45,434 bases of DNA from Silvanigrellaceae bacterium (GCA_049423385.1 JBMSQQ010000016.1:1-45434), one strand, 5' to 3'. Positions 7,953 through 16,759 are shown, numbered from the stretch's first letter. Made by a program: numbers and translations. The notes: generated by a model not told the origin, from the sequence alone.

Positions 7953-8776
7953 AAACCAACAAAGCCGAGTACAGGTATTGCCTGATTGTTTTATCTTCGG
8001 TTGGAGCTTTGGGAAGCACTGCTCTCGCGGGATCCATCAACAGCAACCCATATACTTTTTCTGTTCAGGACCCGTGTGCCTATGGCGTGCAGGAACCCAA
8101 TGCTCCGGCATGCACAGCGGCATTGGCGGATCGCTACAAGAAACGCTGTGTGGCTTCCTGGCGTTCTCCGCGCGAGCGTTGCGGACCGGGCGAGTGCAAT
8201 GACTGGGTTCTTACGGCCAGAACACAAGCGATTGTGGTCGATACGCCAACATTGACTTGTAAAAAACAATTGGTGTTCACCAAACAGCTTCTCACCAATT
8301 CAGGCGCCTTTGTGAGGGAATCATGGTGTTTGTCGGGTACGGCAGACGCGAGTCTCAGACAATATGCGGTACCGGCAGGTGCAATGACTTATCCAATTGC
8401 AGTGCAGAATCTTGCAACGGCGGCAAACGGGACAAGGATATTTGTACGTTCGACGAACAACTTGAACAAGGCTCCATTTGAGAACTGGATCTACCATCTT
8501 TCCCTGCAGGAAACGCTGTGCAGTTGGAGAAAGTACTGCGACCCTGCAACCCGAACGATAAAGTCGGGTGTCGATTTCTCGGCTGAGATCGCGACAGCAA
8601 CGGATGTTTGGAGTGCAGCGAATCCAACCCCGATAGGTTCGCTGTGCAAGTTCGATTCCAGCTGGTTGAATGCAAATTCAGCTGTTGCGTGTGTCGTTCA
8701 GCAGGCCGGAGGAATCGACAAATTGTGTGCCACCACAGATCCACTGAAAACAACGGTGACCACGGGAATCCCCTGA
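7949..8776 (+). CDS. Secreted cysteine-rich hypothetical protein, 275 aa
   Basis: AGGAG SD, ATGA overlap with the protease stop, signal peptide ending TALA, 12 Cys in the mature part. Confidence 0.8.
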   Translation: MKTNKAEYRYCLIVLSSVGALGSTALAGSINSNPYTFSVQDPCAYGVQEPNAPACTAALADRYKKRCVASWRSPRERCGPGECNDWVLTARTQAIVVDTPTLTCKKQLVFTKQLLTNSGAFVRESWCLSGTADASLRQYAVPAGAMTYPIAVQNLATAANGTRIFVRSTNNLNKAPFENWIYHLSLQETLCSWRKYCDPATRTIKSGVDFSAEIATATDVWSAANPTPIGSLCKFDSSWLNANSAVACVVQQAGGIDKLCATTDPLKTTVTTGIP

Positions 8777-8794
8777 TTCCGTGTGGTCTCCTTT

Positions 8795-9376
8795 CTATTC
8801 AATGACAATCCCGTGCACTGCGAGAAGTCCCAGTACTTCGGGGAAAGAAAATTTTGAGCCAGAGAGTTTGCATGATGCTGGTTCAAAGGAATAGTTTTTT
8901 GCGCCGCGGAAGTCGGCCTTGGCCATATTGTTTTTGTAAAACTTGGCCTCGGCAAAGCTCGTTCCAGTGAATTCAGCATCACTCAGGTTGCTGTTCGAGA
9001 AATCCACATCATCCGCAATACTGTTCAATAGTTTCAGGCGACGCAGGTCGAGGTCCGAAAAGGATGAACTGCGCAGGTTGCAGTCGTCGAAAGTCAGGTT
9101 TTCAATCGATGCGGTGCTGGAAAAGGCAATTCCAACAATGCGACAATTTTTAAAGGTACAGCGTTTGAAGGTTGAATTGCGGACGATGGCCATGCTCAAG
9201 TCACAGCGTTCGAAGGTGCAATCGAGAAACCTGGTTCCCTCAAGCCTGGCATTCTGAAAGATACAACTGCGAAAGTTGCAGTTTCTGAAATCCCTGTGGC
9301 TGGCAGTTTTGCCAGCAAGTTGAAGGTCAAGAAAATCCTGATCCTCGAATTCTTTTTCACCTGGAAAATCGTTCAT
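8795..9376 (-). CDS. Pentapeptide repeat protein, 193 aa
   Basis: Continuous 5-residue repeats (RDFRN CNFRS CIFQN ARLEG TRFLD CTFER CDLSM...). Confidence 0.9.
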   Translation of the reverse strand: MNDFPGEKEFEDQDFLDLQLAGKTASHRDFRNCNFRSCIFQNARLEGTRFLDCTFERCDLSMAIVRNSTFKRCTFKNCRIVGIAFSSTASIENLTFDDCNLRSSSFSDLDLRRLKLLNSIADDVDFSNSNLSDAEFTGTSFAEAKFYKNNMAKADFRGAKNYSFEPASCKLSGSKFSFPEVLGLLAVHGIVIE

Positions 9377-9408
9377 GGGTTGAATTTCCAAACGGTTTGA
9401 GGGGTGGA

Positions 9409-9726
9409 TTATTTTGGGTTGCAGAAAATTTCCGGACGCAAGACCTGTGCTTCGGTGACATAGAAGCCGACGTCGAAACGGTTGAGGAATTGATCGGATA
9501 ATTGACTGACAATGGTTTCGACCATTTCTTCGAACACGAGAAATTCAAGCTTGATCTGTGATTCATGCAAATCGACGCTGGACTCCTGTCCAAATTCCTC
9601 AAGTCGGATCGAATGCGTCCGAATGCTCTTGACGCCGATCTTTTCGAGAAGTTTGAGGGCACGCTGTGCAACCGACTGTTCGCAGGTCATCGAGATGAGT
9701 TTCATTGAGGTCAATGGACGGCTCAT
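9409..9726 (-). CDS. SbtB-like P-II family protein, 105 aa
   Basis: ATG at 9726 overlaps the sbtA stop (ATGA). MKLISMTCE...IKLEFLV...YVTEAQVLRPEIF resembles SbtB, including the VLRPEKF-type C-terminus. Confidence 0.75.
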   Translation of the reverse strand: MSRPLTSMKLISMTCEQSVAQRALKLLEKIGVKSIRTHSIRLEEFGQESSVDLHESQIKLEFLVFEEMVETIVSQLSDQFLNRFDVGFYVTEAQVLRPEIFCNPK

Positions 9727-10712
9727 GGCGAAATATCCTTCAGAAACTGTGCAAATTTCAGATACAATGGAATACCAAAAACAAGATTGAAGGGAAAAGT
9801 CACCGTCAAGGCCGAGGTCAGGTAGATGCCTGGATTGGCTTCCGGCAGGGCAAGCCGGACTGCCGCCGGTGCAGCGATGTAAGAGGCAGACGCTGCCAGG
9901 GTTCCGAGGACCACCGTCCCACCCAGACTCAGTCCCGCCCAATGACCCAAGGTCACGCCAATCAGCGAATTGATGAGAGGGATGAGCGTTCCGAACAAAA
10001 TCACGAACACGCCAACGCTTTTGAGGTCACGGAAGCGGCGAGAGGCAACGATTCCCATCTCAAGAAGAAACAATGCAACGACGCCTTGAAAAGGTCCGCC
10101 GAAAAAGGGTTCGACCTTGGCATATCCTCCGGGCCCGCTGAGTGCTCCAATCATCAGTCCGCCAATCAGCAGCAGGATGCTCTTGCCGGAAAGAATTTCG
10201 CGCATGGCACCGCGGATTGCACTCCAGTCCGATGTGCCGATTTTGGACATTTGGGCAAGCAGCAGCCCGACGAGAATGGCAGGCACCTCAAGCAGAACGA
10301 CCTGCGCAGAAAGAAATCCTTCGTATCCGATTTCAAGATTTTTCAAAAATGATTGAACGGCAATAAAAGTCACCACCGAGACTGAGCCATAGTGCGCAGC
10401 CAATGCTGCAGAGTCCTCGATTCTCATTCTTCCAAGGTGTCTTGCGGCTGAGTATGCCAACAAAGGCGTGAGAATTCCGATCAACAAGGTTGCAACGCTC
10501 GGTTTCCAGATGTCCGAGAAGGCGGTGTAGGAAAGTTCAACGCCACCCTTCAATCCCAAGGCAAACAACAAGTAGATCGTGAGCACCGAATAGATTGCCT
10601 CTGGAATGCGAAGATCGCTTTTGACAAGCGTCGAAACACATCCCAGAAAAAAGCACAAAACCACTGGTGAAAAAATATTGGCCTGTACGACCGACCAGGT
10701 GTCCACTGTCAT
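9723..10712 (-). CDS. sbtA: Sodium-dependent bicarbonate transporter SbtA family, 329 aa
   Basis: Motifs KSDLRIP, YLLFALGLKGG, AAHYGSVSVVTF, LFLLEMG, SASYIAAPAA and TFPFNLVFGIPLY; about 10 hydrophobic segments. Confidence 0.92.
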   Translation of the reverse strand: MTVDTWSVVQANIFSPVVLCFFLGCVSTLVKSDLRIPEAIYSVLTIYLLFALGLKGGVELSYTAFSDIWKPSVATLLIGILTPLLAYSAARHLGRMRIEDSAALAAHYGSVSVVTFIAVQSFLKNLEIGYEGFLSAQVVLLEVPAILVGLLLAQMSKIGTSDWSAIRGAMREILSGKSILLLIGGLMIGALSGPGGYAKVEPFFGGPFQGVVALFLLEMGIVASRRFRDLKSVGVFVILFGTLIPLINSLIGVTLGHWAGLSLGGTVVLGTLAASASYIAAPAAVRLALPEANPGIYLTSALTVTFPFNLVFGIPLYLKFAQFLKDISP

Positions 10713-10764
10713 GAGAGTACTTCCTGTGCTGACAGGTTTGTGTACTTTTCATGAACAATTTTTT

Positions 10765-11433
10765 TTAAAATTTCAAGCGGCTCAGCAGTGACTTGAGACC
10801 CGATGAACGAATGTTGCCCAAGGCTTTGCGCACATCGGCCAGCAGTGGTTCAACTTCATCACGAGCCTCTCCCGTGAACTCTTCCAGTTGGGCAACCGAT
10901 GCGGTCAGTGCGGTTTTTGCCTTTTCACCTTCCTTGTTGAGCGCAAGCTCCAGTGCCTGCAAAGCACTAATCTGAGCAGATTTGAGTGCCGAGATTGCCG
11001 GAAGTTTTGAAACATGCTTTTGCAGAAGTCCATTGACCGCAGCAGTTCCGGTGACATCTCCCATGTGGGCGAAACCTTCACCTGCGATGAGCAGGAAATC
11101 GAGCGCTTCTGCGGGGTCGGTGCTCTCTTTTGCCTGTTGCACGAGAGATGCGCACTCCTCTGCGTCGAGGTGTTGATGGCCATGGCCATGGTCATGATCG
11201 CAGCAGGAGTGGTGCTCGTGGTCATGCGAATGGTCATGATGTTGTGAATGGTCGTGCCCACAGCAGTCACCGTGGTCGTGCGTGTGGTCGTGCGTGTGGT
11301 CATGTTTGTGATCGTGTTTGTGATCGTGTTTGTGATCGTGTTTGTGATCGTGTTGATGCTGATGGTCGTGAGCGCAGCAATCTCCATGCGCATGTTGATC
11401 GTTTTCGTGGGTGTGCTTGTTGTGCTCGTGCAT
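10765..11433 (-). CDS. Histidine-rich putative metal-binding protein with helical C-terminal domain, 222 aa
   Basis: ATG at 11433 immediately after the dusB stop; 37 His and three CC pairs in the first 88 residues. Confidence 0.8.
   Translation of the reverse strand: MHEHNKHTHENDQHAHGDCCAHDHQHQHDHKHDHKHDHKHDHKHDHTHDHTHDHGDCCGHDHSQHHDHSHDHEHHSCCDHDHGHGHQHLDAEECASLVQQAKESTDPAEALDFLLIAGEGFAHMGDVTGTAAVNGLLQKHVSKLPAISALKSAQISALQALELALNKEGEKAKTALTASVAQLEEFTGEARDEVEPLLADVRKALGNIRSSGLKSLLSRLKF
11303..11350. repeat. 12-bp tandem repeat (TGTTTGTGATCG)x4 encoding HDHK, flanked by variant HDHT units
   Basis: Read directly from the sequence. Confidence 0.9.
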
Positions 11434-11434
11434 T

Positions 11435-12604
11435 TCAATTTCCTTCTTCAATTTGCGTTAAACCTTCATCACCGACTCCGCGATCAAGCTGCCGGTCCAT
11501 TTCATATTTTGGATCATAATCGTGGTTCTTGCCTGCCGATTCGTTTTCACACCAGGCAAACCGTGGGGTCTGTTGCGAGAGTGACTTTGCGAAGTTCGTG
11601 AGGATTTCTCGGGCAGCATCGAGCGATTCAATTCGATTGAGGTGTTCCCGCAGGCTTTTAATCCCTGGAAAGCCTTTGGCATACCAGAGGAGGTGCTTGC
11701 GCATCAGTGCTGCGGCGGTCGGCGTGTTGCCGTAGTGTTCCTGATGGTAATCCAGATGGTCCATCACCAGATCGAGCCATTCTGCAAAACTTGGATTGTA
11801 TGTTTTTTCCTCGAGGATTTCGCGAAAGATCCAAGGATTTCCGAGTGCGCCCCGGCTCACCATCACAGCATCACAGCCTGTTTCGTTATACATGCGCAAA
11901 GCCGAGGCAATATCGAAGATGTCTCCGTTGCCGACCGTGACCGGTGCTGGATTTTCGTGGTTCAAGGCCGAAAGCGTGGCGGAGCGAATCCCGTGCCTGA
12001 TTCCCTGACAGTCGACGGACGTGGAATAGGACTCGGAACGGGTTCTGCCGTGAATGGTCAGCATGTCGGCCGCGGCGAGTGAGATTCTTCGCCCAATGTC
12101 TTCCACATTGACGGCGTCGCGGGTGAAACCAAGTCTTATTTTTGCACTCAACGGACGCGCTGTTGCGGCACGTGCAAATTCCACGGTTTTCTGCACGCGT
12201 TCCGGATCTTTCAAAATCGCACTTCCGCAGCCGGCTCCCGTGACCTTTCGCACCGGGCAACCCATGTTGATGTCAATGGTGTCGAAGCCGAGCGAATCGA
12301 GAACACCGATTGCATGTGCGACGTCCTCGGCGTTGGGGCCGGTGACCTGAACCCCCAACACGGACTCGCTCGCGTGGCGAGCCATCATTTCGAAAGTTCG
12401 GCGATTTTTGTAGCGAATGGCGGTTGATGACAGCATCTCGACGTATGTGAGACCAGCTCCCTGGCCTTGGCAGACTCTCCGGAACGGAATGTCCGACACG
12501 CCCGCAAGTGGCGCAAGAAAAACGCGATTGTTGACCTTCAGTTTCTGAATCTCAATCGGGTCGGAAAAGCGTTTGATGGGTTCGTGGAGGGTCGCATGCG
12601 TCAT
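11435..12604 (-). CDS. dusB: tRNA-dihydrouridine synthase B
   Basis: LAPLAGVSD, IDINMGCP, G.GSAILKDP, KIRLG, TIHGRT, GNGDI and VMVSRGALGNPWIF. Confidence 0.93.
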   Translation of the reverse strand: MTHATLHEPIKRFSDPIEIQKLKVNNRVFLAPLAGVSDIPFRRVCQGQGAGLTYVEMLSSTAIRYKNRRTFEMMARHASESVLGVQVTGPNAEDVAHAIGVLDSLGFDTIDINMGCPVRKVTGAGCGSAILKDPERVQKTVEFARAATARPLSAKIRLGFTRDAVNVEDIGRRISLAAADMLTIHGRTRSESYSTSVDCQGIRHGIRSATLSALNHENPAPVTVGNGDIFDIASALRMYNETGCDAVMVSRGALGNPWIFREILEEKTYNPSFAEWLDLVMDHLDYHQEHYGNTPTAAALMRKHLLWYAKGFPGIKSLREHLNRIESLDAAREILTNFAKSLSQQTPRFAWCENESAGKNHDYDPKYEMDRQLDRGVGDEGLTQIEEGN

Positions 12605-13544
12605 TGGTCAAAATCTCCCTGCTACCGTCCTTTTGATGGCCCAGAATGGACAACCTTTCAAGGATTTCCTCAGGACTCTCGATGCAAAAAGCTCCGTCTT
12701 TTATCAGTAGGTTGCTTCCCTGGCTTGTGGGGCTGTGGACAGGACCAGGGAGTGCTCCCACATCCACGCCCATCTCGGCAGCCAAACGGGCGGTGATCAT
12801 GGTTCCGCTTTGAACACCGGCCTCCACCACGAGGATAAAGTCGCAAAGAGCAGCGATAATCCTGTTTCTCCTGGGGAAATTCCATTTTTCGGCGCGTTGT
12901 TGGTCGGGGAATTCACTCAAGAGCAGGCCGCGTCCGGAATGTTCAAGGCATTGGAACAAGCCTTTATTGGCCCTTGGATAGGTGTTTTCGAGTCCCGACC
13001 CCAAGACGGCAACGCTTGCGCCCGAGTTGTGGGCGATCACGTTTGCAACCGTGTCGATTCCAATGGCGGCTCCGGAGATCACACAAACGCCACTTTCCGC
13101 CAATGCCCTCGCGAATCGAGCGGCCTGTTCCCGACCATAAAAAGTTGGGTGCCGACTTCCAACTATTCCGACTTTTTTGAGTGCCAGCAGCTGCGGATTT
13201 CCCTCATAGCGAAGTACCAATGGAAAGGAGTCTGGCAGTTTTCGGTTTGCCAGACTTTCAATGTCGAAGCGTGTGATCAGTTTGGGACTCTCTGAGTTGC
13301 CGTTGGACTTTCCCACGACAGAGGTCAAGTGGTGGAGTCGGTCCACCGCAAGTACGGAGGCTGCCAGCGCCTGCAGCTTTTCGGGGCTTCGGAGAAGTTC
13401 GTTCGGGATTTGCTGCGGACTGATAAGCAATGGCAGCACTCTTGCGAGTTCTGAAGTTGTGAAGTTGTTTTGAATCAGCCAAAGGAGTTCAGCCGATCGT
13501 CTCGGTATGAGTTGTGCAGGAATCGTCGGCATTTCGAATTTCAT
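12552..13544 (-). CDS. dprA: DNA processing protein DprA/Smf
   Basis: VGIVGSR, ISGAAIGID, AVLGSG, LLLSEF, NFPRRNRII, VVEAGVQSGTMITA and GSNLLIKDGA; lacks the C-terminal wHTH. Confidence 0.93.
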   Translation of the reverse strand: MKFEMPTIPAQLIPRRSAELLWLIQNNFTTSELARVLPLLISPQQIPNELLRSPEKLQALAASVLAVDRLHHLTSVVGKSNGNSESPKLITRFDIESLANRKLPDSFPLVLRYEGNPQLLALKKVGIVGSRHPTFYGREQAARFARALAESGVCVISGAAIGIDTVANVIAHNSGASVAVLGSGLENTYPRANKGLFQCLEHSGRGLLLSEFPDQQRAEKWNFPRRNRIIAALCDFILVVEAGVQSGTMITARLAAEMGVDVGALPGPVHSPTSQGSNLLIKDGAFCIESPEEILERLSILGHQKDGSREILTNDACDPPRTHQTLFRPD

Positions 13545-13749
13545 CCCATAAAAAGTTGCTGGGTGATGGTTGCTGTCTCAAGACTTCGGTTGATGACATG
13601 CAGATGTGCCCCCGTCGAATGCAGCTTCAATGGATCGAAAATTTTTTTGAAGTGATTTAATTTCATCGACGACTGCAGCACTGGTTGATTTTATTTTCTT
13701 GTTTTTGTCGAAAAGTTGACTCGTTTGGATGGCTTGACTGGCCGGCGGG

Positions 13750-13778
13750 TTGACACACTTCGGAGGTCGTGTTTTACT
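13750..13778 (+). promoter_or_regulatory. Possible sigma70 promoter for the 13864 gene
   Basis: TTGACA-17 nt-TTTACT with TG just upstream of the -10; the -10 lacks the conserved second A. Confidence 0.35.
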
Positions 13779-13863
13779 CCGAGCGTAAATCCAAAAAATT
13801 GTTAGTTTTACCAGCAGTAGGAAACTGCTCAGGTGCCCACTTTGCCATCAAGGAGGATAGGCG

Positions 13864-14139
13864 ATGAAAGCACAGCGTTGCCCTTATCATGTCAAGCAAG
13901 GCGTGGTTGATGCACAAGGTCAACTGGTTTTGAGTGATGTTTGTGGTGTGAAGTCTGCGTGTGGTGCTGCGTGCACCTATGCGCCGTTCGAGGATGCAGC
14001 TTTCAAGGCTTGCCCTCGTTTCGCTGCCTACCAGCGTGGTGGAACCGGCGAGCGCCAGATTTTGATCCCCAAGAATGACGTCGAGTACATGCCCGAGTTT
14101 GGTGGTTTTGCCAGCTTCAGTGAAATGGAGCTGATGTAA
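13864..14139 (+). CDS. Small Cys-rich hypothetical protein, 91 aa
   Basis: Strong AAGGAGG SD; CPYH...C-x5-C-x3-C...CPRF. Confidence 0.8.
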   Translation: MKAQRCPYHVKQGVVDAQGQLVLSDVCGVKSACGAACTYAPFEDAAFKACPRFAAYQRGGTGERQILIPKNDVEYMPEFGGFASFSEMELM

Positions 14140-14162
14140 TCACTTCAAACACGGAGGCACGG

Positions 14163-14759
14163 GTGACGACTCATTCACCGGAACTTCTTGCGGGAACAGA
14201 CTCTCGCGTTGTTCAAATTGCCAATCAAGCACAAACAGTCCAAGTTGATTCTCATGACCTCCTGTTGTTCTCTCGTCTGGACTGTCTGTCGACCCTGAAA
14301 GAAAATCCAACGCAATTCTTCGAGGCCTTTGCCGAAGCGGTCAGAAATGAACTGGCAGCTTCATTGTCTTCTGGTGAATTGCTGCAAAGACTTGGCTTGT
14401 GGTGGAATTTTTCGTCATTCAAGAAAACCGTTCATGAAGACCTGGACGATTTCAGACGGGATGTCCTTCTTGGTCAGCAAGTCCTGTCGAATACGGGCAT
14501 CAACGCCATTTTTCAAAGTGACGCATCCTGGACATTGCTTCAGAAACGGGCTCAGTGCGCAATATTGGATTCGCTCGCGGGATTGCCTGACGATGGCGAT
14601 CTCGATGGCAAGCTCCAGCAAATATTTGTTCAGCAGCGCGACGCCATGGTGAAAGACACGGTCTTGCGATTTCTGCCAACAATCGTGCTTCTGATGTCAA
14701 CCTTGATTGCAATGGTCATGGCGATATTGGTTTGGCGATCGCTTTCGATTGGGCATTGA
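14163..14759 (+). CDS. Hypothetical protein with C-terminal transmembrane helix, 198 aa
   Basis: GGAGG SD before GTG; hydrophobic C-terminal segment FLPTIVLLMSTLIAMVMAILVW. Confidence 0.7.
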   Translation: MTTHSPELLAGTDSRVVQIANQAQTVQVDSHDLLLFSRLDCLSTLKENPTQFFEAFAEAVRNELAASLSSGELLQRLGLWWNFSSFKKTVHEDLDDFRRDVLLGQQVLSNTGINAIFQSDASWTLLQKRAQCAILDSLAGLPDDGDLDGKLQQIFVQQRDAMVKDTVLRFLPTIVLLMSTLIAMVMAILVWRSLSIGH

Positions 14760-14772
14760 TTCATCCCAAACA

Positions 14773-15423
14773 CTATTGAAATTCGTGGATGTGGGGGCAG
14801 GCAAAGTCATCATCCGTGATTTTCGATTTGCCGCATTCGCGCGTCTCATTCAAATTGCAGCCACATTCATGACAAAGTCCGCGACAGTCGGCCTGGCACA
14901 AGGGAAAGTCCGGAAGGCTCGTGAAAACGACATCGGTGACGAAATCTGAAAGAATCAAGGATTGCCCGTCGTGCTCGTAGGATTCCATTTCGCTCTCGGA
15001 CAACTCGTGCTCTCCGCTTGTGCCTGATTTTGGGGCGGCGAAAGTGTAGAGAGCTTCGTTTTCAGATTCGATGGCAGTGCGGAATTGGGTTAAACTGCGC
15101 ACACATTCCAGTCTGGGGACCATCCGCAGATGAGCGCTCACGCGATAGGTTGCGCTTTGTTTTTCCACATCGATGGCCAGAGCGAAATTCGCGGCATCCC
15201 CGTCGAGTGAGCAATCCAGTTCAGCAAGAATGTCCTGCAGCCAAGGGTGTTGGGCCAGGGCGATTGTTGTTGCTTTAAATTTTGGTGTGTCCTGAAAGGG
15301 GCCCACAATAAAGGTGCAGCCATTGCCAATCTGGTTCAGAGGAAGTTTCCAAGACACGTGTGTTCTCCCGGGTGCAGCTGGATTAAGCGGCAGTCGCAGA
15401 CTTTGGGAGGGTTGTTTTGCCAA
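14773..15423 (-). CDS. YceD/DUF177 family protein
   Basis: LECVRSL and LPDFPLCQADCRGLCHECGCNLN motifs. Confidence 0.88.
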   Translation of the reverse strand: MAKQPSQSLRLPLNPAAPGRTHVSWKLPLNQIGNGCTFIVGPFQDTPKFKATTIALAQHPWLQDILAELDCSLDGDAANFALAIDVEKQSATYRVSAHLRMVPRLECVRSLTQFRTAIESENEALYTFAAPKSGTSGEHELSESEMESYEHDGQSLILSDFVTDVVFTSLPDFPLCQADCRGLCHECGCNLNETRECGKSKITDDDFACPHIHEFQ

Positions 15424-16738
15424 TCCCCCGCAGTCCTGCCATACCGATCAGTGTGACAACGAGCAAGAGTCCACTGGAAACGTAGAGCGAGGGGGCTCCG
15501 TGCAGCCGGTCATAGACGAGTCCCATGAAGGCTGGTCCGAGGATTCGCGCACCAGCTGAAAGACTTTGTGCCATTCCCAGAGCGAGGCCTTGTCGATCAT
15601 GCGGACTGAGTCGACTCACAAGCCCACTCAGTGCCGGATTCGACAAAGAGCTGCCCAGGGAGAGCATGGAGAGTGCAAAATAGAGTCCCCCGACCTGAGG
15701 AGCCAACCAAGGGATGAGAAAAATCCCGCAGGTCAGCGACAGCTGGCCCACATTCAGAGTCAGTGGTTCACCCGCTTTTTTGAGCAGCGGACGGGAGATT
15801 CCTCCATTTATCAGCAAAACCATACCACCCAGAAATAAAAATGCTTTGTAGATGGCAGACTGGTTGAGCGCATAGGCATCTGCCAATGCCAGTGGCAGAA
15901 TGGTTTCCACTCCCACAAATCCAAACACCTGGATGAATTGCATCAAGAGTACTGTTTTGAAGAACGGGCGGGACAGAAGTTTGCCTGCTTCCTGTCTCGT
16001 TCCAGCGTGTGCCACTCCCGATGCGTCTGCACCCGCTTGTGCTGCTTCAATCAGCGGCTTGAGTTCCGGCGGAGCAAACCGGGCATGGGTTTCCTTGAAG
16101 CGGAAAAGGATCAAAATCAGGTTGATCAGATTCAAGCCAACGGCGGCAAGCGAAATTGGGACAATGGGATTGTCTGGAAAAAAGAGGGTAATGAGTGCTC
16201 CCAATGCGGGACCAAACGCAAAACCAGCGCCGAACGCAATTCCAATCACAACCATGGAACGCGAACGTTCGGCCAGAGGTGTGATGTCGGCAATCGAGGC
16301 CTGGGCAACAGAAATGTTACCTGCCGCCACGCCCGCAATGAAGCGAATCGCCGCCAACAGCGCATAACTGCCCAACAGGGGAGTGAGTCCGGTGAGTCCT
16401 TGCGCAAGCATGGACAACACGATTGTGCCCAGAAGTATCTTTCGCCTTCCGATTCCATCAGACCATTTTCCGAGCACCATAACCGACAGCAGAGTGCCGA
16501 TTGAAAAGAAAGTCGAAAGGTATGCAGCTTGTGCGTTGGATGCATTCAGATTGCGGGCAATGGCAGGAAGGATTGGAATGAACATTCCGAATCCCACCAG
16601 ATCGAGGAATATTGTCAGAAAGACCGACAGCAGAGTATAACGTCTTGTTGCCTTGCCGTTGTTTTGAGCTTCGCGGGTGGAGCTTTCCATGAAATGGAGG
16701 AACCTCGTTGCTGAGTCTCGATTCGATTGGGTTGGCAT
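15383..16738 (-). CDS. MFS transporter (TetA/DHA1-like)
   Basis: FLDLVGFGMFIP, motif A GKWSDGIGRR, motif C GAGFAFGPALG, about 12 TM segments. The true start may be ATG 16690. Confidence 0.92.
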   Translation of the reverse strand: MPTQSNRDSATRFLHFMESSTREAQNNGKATRRYTLLSVFLTIFLDLVGFGMFIPILPAIARNLNASNAQAAYLSTFFSIGTLLSVMVLGKWSDGIGRRKILLGTIVLSMLAQGLTGLTPLLGSYALLAAIRFIAGVAAGNISVAQASIADITPLAERSRSMVVIGIAFGAGFAFGPALGALITLFFPDNPIVPISLAAVGLNLINLILILFRFKETHARFAPPELKPLIEAAQAGADASGVAHAGTRQEAGKLLSRPFFKTVLLMQFIQVFGFVGVETILPLALADAYALNQSAIYKAFLFLGGMVLLINGGISRPLLKKAGEPLTLNVGQLSLTCGIFLIPWLAPQVGGLYFALSMLSLGSSLSNPALSGLVSRLSPHDRQGLALGMAQSLSAGARILGPAFMGLVYDRLHGAPSLYVSSGLLLVVTLIGMAGLRGIGKTTLPKSATAA

Positions 16739-16759
16739 TGAACATTCAAAGGGGAACGC

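Noticed and set aside
8795..9376. Calling the pentapeptide protein Qnr/McbG
   Set aside because: Repeats alone do not specify function, and no diagnostic loop or mobile context could be confirmed by eye.
9727..9942. N-terminal extension of the SbtB-like ORF
   Set aside because: Lies inside sbtA; the ATGA-coupled start at 9726 gives a normal P-II length.
11270..11360. Periodic repeats as a CRISPR array
   Set aside because: 12-bp contiguous units without spacers, in frame inside the His-rich CDS; no cas genes.
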